NCBI RefSeq assembly: GCF_004010195.1
Contig: NC_057719.1
Coordinates: 40,467,323 to 40,531,322, forward strand
Source of the DNA: Chiloscyllium plagiosum
Lineage: Eukaryota
Direction of reading: 5' to 3'
Length of the DNA: 64,000 nucleotides
Part shown: piece after piece, positions 12,182 to 25,661 of the stretch
Numbering within the stretch: the first letter of the stretch is position 1
How the letters are laid out: the number at the start of each line of letters is the position of its first letter
Program-made: the position numbers and the translations under genes
The notes under the pieces: model-generated
Seen by the model: the letters and a program-made list of their open reading frames with translations, nothing else
What the model was told of the DNA's origin: nothing
The model's database searches: none

Positions 12182-14150
12182 GTAGTGGAAAGTTGTGTGT
12201 AAAGTCTGAGACATAGGGCAAGTGCTTAACGAATACTTTTTATCAGTATTCACATTGGAAAAGGGCAGTGTTAGTGAAAATATGAGATACAGGCTGGAAG
12301 GTTAGATGGGATTGAGGTTGACAAAGAAGAGGTTTTAACAATTTTGAAAAATCTTAAAATCGTAAGACCCCTGGGTCGGATGGAATTTATCCTCTGATTC
12401 TCTGGGAAGCCAGGGAGGAGCCGGGGTGGCATGATGGCTTAGTTGTTAGCACTGCTGCCTCACGGCGCCAACGTTCTAGGTTTGATTCCTGTCTCGGGCG
12501 ATTGTCTGTGTGGAGTTTGCACGTGCTCCCAGTGTCTGCGTGGGTTTCCTCCGGGTGCTTTGGTTTCCTCCCACAATCCAAAGATGTGCAGGTTAGGTGA
12601 ATTGGCCGTGCTAAATTGTCTATAGTGTTAGGTGCGTTAGTCAGGGGTAAACGTAGGTGAATGGGTCGGTGTGGACTTGCTGGCCGCAGGGCCTGTTTCC
12701 ATACTGTAGGGAGTCTAATCTAAATATTCACAAAGCTGAAGAGATTGCAGAGCCTTTGGCTTTGATCTTTATGTCATCATTGGCACTACTCCTGTCAACA
12801 CAGGACTGGAAGATAGCAAATGTTGTTCCTTTGTTTAAGAAGGGGAGTCAGACAACCCTGGTAATTATAGGCCAGTGAGCCTTACTTTGGTTTTGGGTAA
12901 GGTGTTAGAAAAGAATAATTTGATTAGGGATAGTCAGCACGGTCGTGCCTTACTTACCTTTGAGTTCTTTGAGAAGGTGACAAAGCACGTGGATGAAGGT
13001 AAAGCGGTTCATCTGGTGTATATGGACTTCAGTAAGGTGTTTGATAAGATTGCACACAATACAGTTTTGGTGTTGAAGGTGTTTTAGCGGTTTGGATCAG
13101 AAATTGGCTAGCTGAAAGAAGACAGGGTGATGGTTGATGGGAAATGTTCATCCTGGAGCTCAGTTTCCAGTGATGTGGCACAAGGATCTGTTTTGGGTCC
13201 ACTGCTGTTTGTCATTTGCATAAATGACTTGGATGTGGCCGAAGAAGGATAGGTTATTAAATTTGTGGATGACACTAAGGTAGGCACAGTTGTGGCTAGA
13301 GCTAAAGGATGTTGTAGGTTACAGAGGGAAATAGATAAGATGCAGAGCTGGCCAAATGGAGTTTAATGCCGAAAAGTGTGAGGTAGTTCACTTTGAAAGA
13401 AGTAACAGGGATGCAGAGTACTGGGGCTAATGGTAAAATTCTTGGCAGTGTAGATGAATAGAGAGATCTTGGTATCCAGGTGCATAATTCCCTGAAAGTT
13501 ACCACCCAGGTTGATAGGGTTGTTAGGAAGGCATATGGTGCGTTGGTGTTTATTGGTGGGGGGATTGAGTTTTGGAGCCACGAGGTCATGCTTCTGCTGT
13601 ACAAGACACTGGTAAGGCTGCACCTGGAATATTGCGTGCAGTTCTAGGCACTGCGTTATAGGAAGGACGTGGAAGCTTTGGAAAGGGTTTAGAGGAGATT
13701 TACTAGGATGTTGCCTGGTATGGAAGGAAGGTCTTACGAGGAAAGGCTGAGGGAACTGAGACTGCTTTTGTTGAAAAGAAGAAGGTTGAGAGGTAACTTA
13801 ATCAAGACATCTGAAATAATCAGAGGGTTAGGTAGGGTGAACAATGAGAGCCTCTTTCTTTGGATGGTGAAGGCTAACATGAGGGGACATATCTTTAAAT
13901 TGAGGGGTGAAAATTTCGGGTAGATATTAGGGGTAGTTTCTTCACTCAGTCAGTAGTAGGGGTGTGGAACGGCCTGCCTACAACAGTACTGGACTCGCCG
14001 ACGTGAAGGGCATTTAAATGGTCACTGGACATATGTATGGATAATAATGGAACAGTGTAGGTTAGATGGGTATCAGAATATTTTCACAGGTTGGCGCAAC
14101 ATCAAGGGCCGAAAGGCCTGTACTGCGCTGCATATTCCATGTTCTATATT
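12182..14150 (+). mobile_element. CR1 (HER1-like) LINE, 5'-truncated, inserted in an older minus-strand CR1 (about 11470-12180 and 14150-14290)
   Basis: WKIANVVPLFKKG, VYMDFSKVFDK, FVDDTK and YEERL motifs, ending in a CR1 3' tail. Confidence 0.9.
12421..12725 (+). mobile_element. HE1-type tRNA-derived SINE nested in CR1
   Basis: Box A/B head, tgtgtggagtttgcac...gggtttcctccggg core, ctaat tail. Confidence 0.85.
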
Positions 14151-14455
14151 CCATCCAGATTTTTGCCATTCACTTAATCAGCCTTCCCTTTGTCGACTAT
14201 CTGTGTCATCTTCACCGCTTGTCTTCCCATGTGTTTTTGTGTTATCTGCAAACTTAGCAAGTGTACATTCACTTGGTCACCCAAATTACTATATTTTAAA
14301 CAGTTGTGGTTACTGGTTACAAGAAAACCAGTGATATTAGATCCACTGGTTCCCTTTTATTCATCCTGCTTGTTACCTTCTCAAATGCTTGAAAAAAATT
14401 AAAAAGTATTATCATGAAGCCATGCTTATTCTTAATTATATTCTATATTTCCGAA

Positions 14456-14770
14456 TAGCACGTCACAGTGGCTCAGTGATCAGCATTGCTGCCTCAACAC
14501 CAGGCACCTGGGTTCAATTCCAGCCTTGAGTCTGTGGAGTTTGCACATTCTCCTAGTGTCTGTGTGGGTTTCCTCCAGGTGCTCCAGTTTCCTCCCACAA
14601 TCCAAAGCTGTGCAGGTTAGATGGATTAGCCATGCAAAATTGCCCCATAGTATCCAGGGATGCGCTGGATAGGTGGATTAGACATGGGAAATGGATAGTT
14701 ACAGGATCAGTATGGACTCAATGAACTGAATGGCCTTCGTCCACATTCGGAATTCTATGACTACTCTATA
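14456..14770 (+). mobile_element. HE1-type SINE
   Basis: Same head and core as the other HE1 copies, ttctatga tail. Confidence 0.82.
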
Positions 14771-16514
14771 TAATTATTACTTCCTTTAGAATGGACCGAA
14801 ATGATAGTGTGCTACATTGGAAAATTCCCTGTGGATTGAAAAATTGCTAAAGTCGAAGGATTCCTGGAAGATTACTACCAGTACATCTACTATCTCCATA
14901 AAATCCTAGGGTGTAGCCCTCGAGGTCCAGGAGAACGTAGCAGCCATTTCTTTCCCAGTACTTTTTATACTGTCCTAATATTATCATATGTGTTTCCTCC
15001 TTGCCTTTGGATCCTTGATTGTTTAGTTTCTTCAGAATGCTATTAGTGTCTCTACTACGAAGATGATGCCAAGGATTTAGTCAACTGCTTTACCGTTTCC
15101 TGGTTTCTCATTGTTATTTCCCTAGCTGCCTGTGAGTCACCTCACGAGTGTTAGGCAATCTGTGTAAGACAGAATCTCACTACTACCCTATGACAATCAG
15201 CAGCATTTCCATTATTGAACTCCCCTACTGCCAGCATGTTTGGGCTTACCACTGACCAAAATCTCAACTGAATCAGTTGTGCAAATACTATGGTTTAGAA
15301 GCTTGTAGTTCTGTGCTAAGTAACTTGCCAACTGTCTTCCAAAAGCCTGTCCACCACATACAAGACAGAAGTCAACTGTGTGATGCAAAAGTCTCCACTT
15401 GGTTGGATGGGTGTAGCTTTGACAATGTTCAGTATATTTGACACTATTTGTGACAAAACAGCCTATCTGATTGACATACTATCCACCACATGCTGCATTC
15501 ACACCTTCCATGGTTGACGCACAGAGTAACGGTGTTCCAGACTTCGAACTGTACCTGTTACTGGGTAAATGTCCTGGGAGTCTCCCCCACCCATCAAAAC
15601 TAAGGGGGCTAATTTTTAAGATGAGAGGAGAAAGATTGAAAAAAGACATGAGGGCTGATTTTTTTTTTAAACACACAGAATGGCTCATGTATGTTATGAA
15701 CTGCCAGAGAAAGTGGTGGATGCAGGTAGTTATAACATTTAAAAGACGTTCACAAGTTTATGAATAGGAAAGGTTGGAGGGATATGAGCCAAAGTGCAGG
15801 CAGGTGGGACTAGTTAACTTTGGTAACATACTCAGGGTGGATTGGTTGCACCGAGGGGTTTGTTTCCATGCTCCGACTCTCTGACTTTAATCCCTCAGCA
15901 CCTTTCTAACCTGGCAAACACAACACCACCTTTGAAACATCTCCTTTCATTTGCCAACACAAATATAATATGTCATCTATTATACTGTACAGTAATAGAT
16001 AAAGTATATATTTCCTGATGAGTTTCACAAAACTTTTACTGTCATAAAATAAGTCTCACTCCTCATTAATGTCACTGTATCTTTTGAGTTCTTCGAGTAT
16101 GTGTTAACTTGCATTGCAGTTGGTTAAAAATTTGACTAAGTGAATAATTCATACTTGTGCATGTTTTTTTTGCTGCAAATTTTCTTCTGTTAGTCCACTG
16201 GCATCTTGTCACAGTATTCCTGAGCGGTTTATATACTAAAATAGGTGTGTTATGAGCAAGTATGTGGCCAAACCTTTTCTGATTGACTGGTAAGTGCTGC
16301 TAATTGGAGTTGTGGAGTTGGCAATTAGTTCATTTTTACTTTCTCACTAGAAAGATGGTGACAGCACTTAGCAGTCTCAACCATCATTTTGGCAAGAACA
16401 AACCATATTCAAGGTGTATCAAGCCTGGGATATTCCTGATTCAGTGAATATGCAAACAAATCTTTTATGACTAAAACTGCTTTTAGTTTTTGCTTGCTGT
16501 TCAAATGATGTCAC

Positions 16515-17400
16515 GGTTTAGGTTGCAAGTTTGCTCGCTGATCTGGTAAATTTATTCTCCGACTTTTCATCACTATGCTAGGTAACATAATCAGTGAGAA
16601 TCTGATGAAGTGCTGGTGTTCTGTCCCGCTTGCTTCAGACCCATTGTCTACCTATACAACGAATTCAGGAACAACGGGCATCTGATAAGCGCAGTCCACT
16701 GATTCCTGCACAAGAGACCTAAACAAAAAGACACAATATGCCCAGAGACTCTAGCCACCCTGCCATACATTAAAGACTTCAGAGATGATGACCAGACTAC
16801 TCCGGCCCTGAAGCGTCATGGTAGCCCACAAACTTACGCACATACTGAAACAACTCCTGATGAATTTAAAGGAACCTGTACCAATAACCAGCAGAATGAA
16901 CGTCATATACAACATACCCTGCAAGGACTACGACAAACATTATATTAGACAGATGGGTAGGAAACTAGCCAGCAGGATACATGGAAACATGAACACCAAC
17001 TAGCCCCCAAAAGACGTGGCCAATTATCACTAGTATCCATACACATTGATGAAGAGGGACACCAGTTCAAATACATCTATCCTGGGACAGGCTAAACGGA
17101 GATATGCACGGGGATCCCTAGAGGTCTGGCATTCAAACAGGAACTCCATCAACAAACACATTGATTTGGACCCCATTTACCAACCTCTTAGAAAAAGAAC
17201 TGGAAGTGATATCACCCTCCACAACAGACCAAAACACATGAATAGAAAGCAGGAGAGACACCAGTATTTCATAGGAGGCTCACTGATAATGTTACCGAGC
17301 ATGGTGACGAAAAGTCTGAGAACAAATCTACCAACTCAGCGAGCAAATATAAAGCCTAATCCACAACCGGAGTTACAAATAGTCTTTAAATTCGCAAATG
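16515..17400 (+). mobile_element. Penelope-like element 3' fragment (GIY-YIG endonuclease plus pLTR) with inverted partial pLTR at its 5' end
   Basis: NVIYNIPCKD.DKHYI.Q.GRKLA.RIH GIY-YIG motif. 16515-16635 is the reverse complement of about 17245-17360. Confidence 0.85.
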
Positions 17401-17583
17401 TCAGAGTTTATTTGGACCAGACAGGGAAGTGGAGTTTAGGCCACAGGCCCATGAACCAATATGTTCTTGATTGATGGAGTAGACTTCAGGGACCAAATGG
17501 TGTTCTTCTCGTATTGTTTCTTACTTGTATTTCCTGAAATAATCTAACATTCTGCCATTTCAACATGAATCTGTTTTGCATAG

Positions 17584-17745
17584 ATAAGTCATGAGCAGCT
17601 GAAGACCATATTAGACTCTTCACTGCAAGAAAAATTGGGCTTAACTCAAAAAACTGTGTGGACCCAGAAGGAAGAAGACTGGAAGCATATTCAGACATTA
17701 ATACAGAAGTTCTCCTCTTCTAAACTGGGTTTTCCATCTTCAACG
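17584..17745 (+). CDS. TDRD9: TDRD9 coding exon (ISHEQLKTILD...KFSSSKLGFPSST)
   Basis: gcatag acceptor and ACG|gtaaag donor, 162 nt. Resembles human QSHEVLK..FSTNKLG. Confidence 0.87.
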
Positions 17746-17752
17746 GTAAAGT

Positions 17753-18429
17753 CAAAAGTAGAAGTGACTGGAAATGTTCAGCAGGTCTTGCAGCATCTGT
17801 GGAGAAAAATCATTTAATGTTTCGGGTTCAATGACCCTATCTAAGAACTAATGGTAGCCAAGAAAAGATTGTTTTTTATGCATAAGAGAGGGTGTGGGAG
17901 GGGCTAAGGAGTAAATGATGGGTGCAGATAGAGCCCAAAAAGAGAGAAAAACAGATGGACAGACAACGAAGCAGATAATGATTGGCCTGAGAGGATGATT
18001 AGCTATTAGTGAACAACTAGTGGCTAATGATGGGTAGTGTGAAATAGCAAATTGTGTGATAACAAGTGCTGATAAATAGCTTATCTTGAAATGTCAAACC
18101 TCCTGCTCCTCAGATGCTGCCTGACTTGCTGTACTTGTACAGCACCACACTTTTTGACTCTGATCTTCAGCATCTGCAGTCCTCACTTTGTCCTGTGTGA
18201 TAACAAGGTCTGGTGTATGGGGGTTGGGGTAAGCGCAAACGAAGATACCTCAAACTTTCTGGCTGCCTTTTAGATGGAATGTTAATTTCAACAATTTTAG
18301 GGCTTGAGGGCTAAGGTCATTGAACCTGAAACATAAATGCTGATTTCTGTCACAGATGCTGCCAAACCTATTGAGCCTTTCCAGCATTTTTTTTATGATT
18401 TCCAGCATCCACAGTTCTTTTGGTTTTTA
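17753..18429. mobile_element. Fold-back PLE-derived element at a TDRD9 splice donor, with a nested second mini-element (18067-18193)
   Basis: Inverted terminal arms. Outer TSD ttcaa(c/t)g(g/a)taaagt at 17739-17752 and 18430-18443. Inner perfect TSD tgtgtgataacaag at 18053-18066 and 18194-18207. Confidence 0.78.
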
Positions 18430-18556
18430 TTCAATGATAAAGTAATTGTTGCTAATAAAATTGTTATCATTTAAATTTAGAAATTAGAGCAACCTTTTGA
18501 AATAGTAGTTTACAGGAAGCTCATTACTCACTGGATTGTCTTTTTTTGTTTGCTAG

Positions 18557-18627
18557 GTTCATTTGCATGGTCCCTATAGTCCCTATGAGACAAAGTTTCA
18601 CAGCATGACTACAATGTCCAGGTTCAG
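18557..18627 (+). CDS. TDRD9: TDRD9 coding exon (VHLHGPYSPYETKFHSMTTMSRFR)
   Basis: AG/GT flanked. Resembles human LHGPFNPYELKCHSLTRISKFR. Confidence 0.94.
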
Positions 18628-19224
18628 GTATGGGAAAGAATGTTCTAGAGTATAAAATTTGCTGGTGTTGAACTGAAGGGACTTTCTTGTGTTTAGAGAA
18701 TTTACTTTTTAAGTAGATGTTTTAATTCTGTTAAAATACTGAGGAACTTCTTAGTGCTTTTGCAGATTAACCTCAAAGGCATTGGTGTTACTAGTGCAAT
18801 TCAATAATAGCAACAGCAAGATCACTGTTCATTGTGCTCGAGTAGTGTGCTATTTTATGCGATATCCTTATTTTAAGGGATGCACGGCACAATATTTGAG
18901 GTCACGGAACAAAGTGCTGTTGCTTTCAAGTGAAGCAAAGCTGTGTTCATACCAAAACCCTTGCTGAAAGAAAACACTTTTTATAAAGTAGCATAAAGAG
19001 GAGTTCAGGAGTGCTTATTCCAAAGCTGCAGTTCCAGAAATGCTAGTCAGAGAAGTGATTCTAAAGAAGAATGCTCCCCCTGTTGAAGACCTGTATCCAC
19101 TTAGGAATCTGGTTAGAAGTCTATCTGGTGGGTCATCAGTGCAGATTTGTGCAATCTTGCACATCTGCAGCATATCAGAAGATACAAAGTATATATTCTG
19201 AAATCATGAGGTTCTCCATTTATT

Positions 19225-19610
19225 GTGAGTGACTCGGTTTGAGTCATGAGAGTTCATCTCGGAGTCAGAAGATTGTGTGCTCAAGTTCTGTTCCAAAGAC
19301 CTGAGTGCAAAATCGAAGCTGACACTAAGATGGAGAATTGAAGGAGGGTTGCATGGTGAGGGTGCCATCTTTTGGATGATGTCTTGAGCTGAAGTACTGC
19401 CTACCTTCCCAAATGATGTAAAAGACTTTGTTACACTAGTTTAGCTAAGAACAGTGAAGTAATCACTGGTGCCCTAACCGTTATTTATCCTTTACTCAAA
19501 GTCCCGAAAACAGTCTGACAGGACATTATCTTATTTCCGTTATTTTAGAACTTTTAAATGCTTATTGATTGTCTCATTTTAATGTTAAAACAACAACTGC
19601 ACTTAAAGAC
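19225..19610 (+). mobile_element. Deu-domain SINE (SacSINE1/AmnSINE1-like)
   Basis: ggtgccatcttttggatga...gatgtaaaaga...cacta.tt...gaacag...ggtgccctaacc.ttatttatcc resembles the Deu core as recalled. Confidence 0.65.
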
Positions 19611-19678
19611 CAAACCACCATAAGAAGTAGTTCATTCAGCCTATCAAGTCTGATCTGCCATTCAGTGATATCATGGTT

Positions 19679-19883
19679 AGAGACAAAAAAAAACTGCAGA
19701 ATGCTGGACTCCAGAGTAGACAAACAGGAGGCTGGAAGAGCACAGCAAACCAGGCAGCATCAGCAGGTGAAGAAGTCGACGTTTCAAATGTAACCCTTCT
19801 TCAGGGTTGCACCCGAAATGTCGACTTCTTCACCTCCTTATGCTGCCTAGCTTGCTGTGCTCTTCCAGCCTCCTGCTTGTCTA
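19679..19883. mobile_element. Fold-back PLE-derived mini-element with decayed hammerheads, inserted in a minus-strand CR1 3' end (about 19620-20190)
   Basis: About 70-bp inverted arms. Diverged TSD cattca.tgat.tcat.g.t at 19659-19678 and 19884-19903. Confidence 0.75.
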
Positions 19884-20282
19884 CATTCAATGATGTCATA
19901 GCTGATCCAATGATCCTCAACTCCACTTTCCTGCCTTTTCCCTTTTACCCTTGATTCTCTTAGTGATTAAAAATCTCTATCTCCGCTTTGAAAATGACTT
20001 AATGACCCAGTCTTGACTGTGCATTGTGGTAAAAAAGTCCAGAGATTGACTACTCTTTAAGAGAAGAAATTCCTCTTCCTCTCTATTTTTAATCTGTGAC
20101 CCCTTACTCTGAGAATCTACCATCTGGTCCTAGACTGTACCACAAGGGGAAACAACCTTTCTGCATCAATCTTGACACGTCCTCTAAGATTGCATCTTAT
20201 TCTCTCAATTTACAATTCTTCAAAATTTTGTTTTGTGGCAAACTTTGAAATTGTCTCCACACCCAAGATCTAGACTGGGGCC

Positions 20283-20626
20283 TAGGGTGGCATGGTGGCT
20301 CAGTGGTTAGCATGCTGCCTCACAGTGCCAAGGACCTGGGTTCGATTCCAGTCTCGGGTGACTATCTGTGTGGAGTTTGCACGTTCTCCCTCCCTGAGCG
20401 TGGGTTTCCTCCAGGTGCTTTGGTTTCCTCCCACAGTTCAAAACTGTGCATATAAGGTGGATTGGCCATGCTAAATTGCCCCATAGTGTCCGAACTGTGT
20501 AGGATAGATCGGTTTGCCTTGCTAAATGCAGGCTTATGAGAATAGGGTGGGGGCTGGGTCTGGGTGGGATGCTGTTTGGAGGGTCAGTGACCAGTCTTTT
20601 TCCGCACTGTAACGATTCTATGATTC
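20283..20626 (+). mobile_element. HE1-type SINE
   Basis: ggtggctcagtggttagc...ggttcgattcc head, HE1 core, gattctatgattc tail. Confidence 0.85.
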
Positions 20627-21197
20627 CTGCAAGGTTACTACCAATACGTTCACTGTCTCTGTCACTACTTTCTTCAATATCTTTAGAAGGTCCCGGGGAC
20701 TTGTTGGTCTTTCGCTTCGTTAGCTTCCAAAGTACTTACTGTCTGGTGATCTTGCTCATTTTATTTTCACTCCTTCTTTTGCTCCTCAAATATTTAATAA
20801 TTTTGAAATGCCTTTAGTGTCTCCTACTGTAAAGACTGACACAAAGCATCGATTCAACTCCTTTGCCATTTCTTGGTTCCCCACTATTATTTCCCCATAC
20901 TCATTATCTTTATTCACTTTGGCCTCTTTCTTCTTATATTTGAAGTCTTATTGTACTGCTTGAAATTACTTGCAAGTTTATCTTCTCCTTCTTTATTATT
21001 TTTAAATACTTAAAACATAGCTCAAAGATCCATCCCCTATTTTATGTGATAGAAAATTGATTTGTTTACATTTATAGCATTGAATGAAATCAGTTGAGTA
21101 GCATGTTTGAGTTGTTTTTATTGAAAAAGGAAATTACTTTTTTTTTTCAAATAGCTTTTTTCTGTCAAACATGGTTTCATTTTTAATTTTGTCACAG

Positions 21198-21307
21198 AAA
21201 TGTTTGGATTGAGAAAGAAAGTATAAATTCAGTCTCCCTGAACAATGCTCCTGAAGATACTCACCAGAGGATGCTCATTGGTGCATCAGTATCAGTAAAT
21301 ACATCAG
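21198..21307 (+). CDS. TDRD9: TDRD9 coding exon (NVWIEKESINSV...APEDTHQRML...VNTS)
   Basis: AG/GT flanked. VWIEKESINSV matches the human motif. Phase 2 to 1. Confidence 0.95.
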
Positions 21308-21449
21308 GTATTTATCAAGTTGCTTCAGACAAGGTTGTTGTGTAATTATGTTTGTAATCCAATTTTTGTTGTGATTTTGCAATTAGAGGTAAAGTAAATT
21401 TAAAATTCTATTCACTGTAGATTGGTTATGTGTATTTAATAGTGTGTGT

Positions 21450-21800
21450 AAGAACACAAGAAATGGGAGCAGGAGTGAGCTGTCTGGTCCTTCACGCCTG
21501 CCCCGTCATTCAATGAGATCTTGGCGATCTTTTCATGGACTCAGCTTCACTTACCTACCCTCTTACCATAACCCTTAATTATTTTACTGTTCAAAAATCT
21601 GTCTTTGCCTTAAAAACATTCAATGAGGTAGCCTCAGTTAATTCACTGAGCAGGGAATTCCACAGATTCATGACTCTTTGGGTGAAAAAGTTCCACCTCA
21701 ACTCAGACCTACATATGCTCCTTTTTAGTTTGAGGCTGTGTCCCCTATTTCTAGTTTCATCCGTCAGTGGAAACAACTTCCTCACTTCTATCCTATCTAT
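21450..21800 (-). mobile_element. CR1 3' fragment
   Basis: Minus ORF LFPL..ETRNRGHSLKL...FFTQRVMNLWNSL. Confidence 0.85.
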
Positions 21801-22534
21801 GATGAAATTGTATAATGGCTTTTATTATGTTTGTTTTCTTGAAAATGAACAGTTTTTGAAAATTTGATTAGAGATGGCATATTTTAAAGAATGGTAGTTT
21901 GCATATCTGTAGAATTATTGAAAACATTACCTAATTCATGCTAAATATGATTTCACGGTGCTGCAGTTCCTGCTTCATAAATCACATCACTGGATCCACT
22001 CTCTCTGGAGTGAGGCCACTTGTTATGCAATATCTAAATGATATCAATTACAAATTATGTAAATCAAGAAAAAGGATTGCAGCAGTGGTGTGGGGGTTTG
22101 GGAGCATGGTGAGGGGGTGTGTTGGATGGTGGGAGCAGGCTGCTCAAGAATCTTTGTCTTTTGAATATTTAGCTTTGGGTCCACTCTTTGGCACTCCTGG
22201 CGTGCGTCATTGATATGTTGGCACAGAATAGTATAGCGCAGGAACCAGCCCTTCGGCCCATGATGTTGTGTTGAATATGACGCTAAGTTAAACTAATTCC
22301 TTCTGCTTGCCCTTGGTCCATATGCCTTCATTCCTTGCATATTCATGTACTTATCTAAATGTTTCTATCGTATCTGCCTCCGCCTCCACCACCACTCCAG
22401 ACACCACCGGCACTCTGAGGTTTTCTTTTTCAATCAGTAGGATCTTTATTTGGTATTTAAGAAACCTGCTTTGTTTCTGATTCGAAGTTATAGCGATAAG
22501 ATGACTCGGTCATCATCTGATTAGAACAGAGTTA

Positions 22535-23270
22535 GACCATAAGACCAAAGGAGCTGAAGTATGCATTCAGTCCGTTAAGGCTGCCCCGCCATTTAGTGAG
22601 ATCATGGTAGATCTGATCATCCTCAGCCTTTTTGCCTGCCTTTTCCCCATAACCTTTGATTCTGTTACAGATTTAAAACTCTATCTCCGGCTTGAATATA
22701 TTTAATGAACCAGCCTTGACAGCCCTCTTATAGAAATGAATTCCACAGATTCATAACCATCTGAGAGAAGAAATTCATCCTTACCTCTGCCTTAAATCTG
22801 TGACCCCTCATTCTGAGATTATGCCTTTTGGCCTTAGATTTTCCCACAGGGCATCTACACCATCACATCCTCTAAGAATCTTGGATGTTGAGAAGATGTT
22901 TCCATTGGTAAGAGAGTCTAGGATCCGAGGGGAAAGCCTGAGAATAAAGGAAAGACATTTTAGAATGGAGATAAGGAGAAACCTCTTCAGCCAGAGAGTG
23001 GAGAATCTATGGAATTCATTGCCACAGAAGGCTGTGGAGGCCAGGTCATTGAATATATTTAAGACTGAGATGGATGGGTTCTTTAGTTTCTCAACCCCAT
23101 TCTCCCACTTTCTCCCTATATTCCTTGATTCCCTGACTCTCTTGATGTTCATCAGCCATCAGTCCCTGATTCCTCATACAGGGAGAATCAACTTCTCAGT
23201 GCCAATCCAGTCAAGCCTCCTCAAGATCTTGTATGTTTCAATGAAACAATCTCTCTCTTTCTAAGCTCCT
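22535..23270. mobile_element. Cluster of CR1 3' fragments in both orientations
   Basis: ESRIRGESLRI...FSQRVENLWNSLP on +; CR1 tail sequence on -. Confidence 0.75.
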
Positions 23271-25661
23271 CAAGAATAGAGACTCATTCTTTAGCTAATG
23301 AGTTGTGAGCAGTTTCTGTTCCACGTGACCTTGGAAGGTCAGGTAAGAACTGCCCTTTTGTCTTGCAGCTTCACTTTAACTCATTCCAGCCACATGCTGT
23401 CTTTTAAGATGAAAATTCCTGAGTATTCTACACTAACTCCTTTACTGAATAAGACAACATCTATTCCATCAATAAGACTTAAACTCAATCACTTTTCATA
23501 ATTCAGTGAAGTTGTCTAAACTCCTAGGTTTTTATGAGACTCTTATCCATATCATTTTTCTCTGTAATTATGGGATCATATACTTTAATTTCACTTGCTA
23601 CAAACTTCGGGCTGTCTGTCCTGTGATGTCTCTTATCAAACTGAATCTTACAGTCATCTGCACCTTTTTAATAGAACGCCCAGCATATTAATTTGTAAGA
23701 TTCTTTGTGTAAGGTAGACCTTGAAATTTTGGGATTACTCCTTTTCAAAGCTATCATTGTACTTATAACCTTGCTTTAATGCTGGATCTACAAGCTAATT
23801 CTGTTACGTTAGCCATATTTATGCTGATGGGTGGCCACATTGTGCCACGTCTGACCAGGGGCTGCCCAACAACAACCCTCTTTCGGCCCTTGGCCTATGC
23901 TCCAACCTGGCCTACATCTTAAGGCACCAAGTCTGGTAGTCGTACCAGTGCTTCCATCCCCTGCTGCCTATTCCTGAGAATTGTTCAGTACTCAAATTAG
24001 TTGTATCCTGAAGGGGTTTCAAACTCTTGACAGCATCCAGCATAACTTTAGAGGATTCTCATCCTAACTGAATCATCTTCCTTTGGTTCCGATAACTGCT
24101 GCTTATAATCCTTTGCTGCTTCTCCTGCTACGGACACTTCTTGAAATGTCAGTGCAATTTTAGTAAACATTTTATCTACCTTACCTGCATATTCATTAGC
24201 CATTTTTGTGGGACTTTACCTTCTCGTGTGCGCTCATCTGAATTATAACTACTTCCACCAAATCTTTAACCTGACCTTCGTGTTTATGTGGCCCCCCCCA
24301 GTCAAGGTGACATATTACCATGATGTGCAGGTGAGGTAGTTTTCAAATTGCAGTCTTTTGTTCCACAGGACTGCCTTCTGTCCCATCCTGACTTAAGTCC
24401 CAGAAGCAGCACTTCCTATTTTATGTGAGTCAATTTTAAGCCCCACCTGTCTAACCTGACTCCGTACTCTGTTTAATACCTGAACATGTTATTTTTCGTC
24501 AACTGAGGCAATTGGAATGTCATCTAATTTTTTTTTTCTCTTTCAGTTAGTCTATTTACAGAACTTGTTCTAAAATTGACTATATTCAAATTCCACAACT
24601 TGTGAATATTATAAATTCAGATTCACGCTTCTCAGTTTGTTTTTTTAATCCTCCCGTTCTCTATCCACAAATCACATCACTCAGTACCAATAAAATGACA
24701 TCATACATGGACTCAATTTCTCCAACTCTCATCATCTGTATCCATCTTGAGGATATCTCAATGTTTCCTTCCTTGCCAATTTTATGATTGATTGATTGTA
24801 ATAATGAGTGGTAACTACCTCCATAATGCAAGTACCCCTGTACTGTACTGTAAGTGTTATCAGACCGTGCAGCTCCAACAAATTTATAGTGCATTCATCA
24901 GGCTTTACCTTCTACTTATGCTTCCCACTATTTTTTTTAGGTATCTCTGTGTTATCTAATGGGTCCCTTCACTCAGCCAAAAATTATTCTTCCCAATGTC
25001 CATATTGTACAGTTTTTGTAGCATTTTGATATAACAGCCAATCACACCAAACACCAGACAGCCCCAACTCCATCAACAAGGACAGCATCCTCAAGCTAGT
25101 AGACCTATGCCTCACTGCCCAGTTCACTGTCAACGACAAGACCTACAAACAAATCAACGGGATACCATGGGATCACCAATATCAGGATTCTTAGCAGAAG
25201 TAGTTATGCAGAGATTAGAATGAACACCTTCCCCACAGTCCAACCCAAGCTTTGGGTTAGCTATGTGGATGACATCTTTGTCATCATGAAATGGAACAAA
25301 TTGGAAGAAACCCACAAACTCATAAACAACATCCTTAATGATATAAAGTTCACCAAAGAGGAAGAGAACAATGGCAGACCCCCCTTCCTAGATGTCACAG
25401 TGAAACGAACAGCCAATGGAGAGCTGCAGACCAATGTCTACAGGAGAGCAACACACACAGACCGAATAGTCAACTACAGGAGCAATTATCCCAACACCCA
25501 CAAACAGAGCTGCATCAGGACATTATTTAAACAAGCCACAACACACTGCAGCATCCAGGAACAATGAGCAGCCAAGAAAAATACCTATACAACATATTCA
25601 AAGACACTGGGTACCTGATAAGCACAGTCTGCTGATTCTTAAACAACAAACCTAAACAGAA

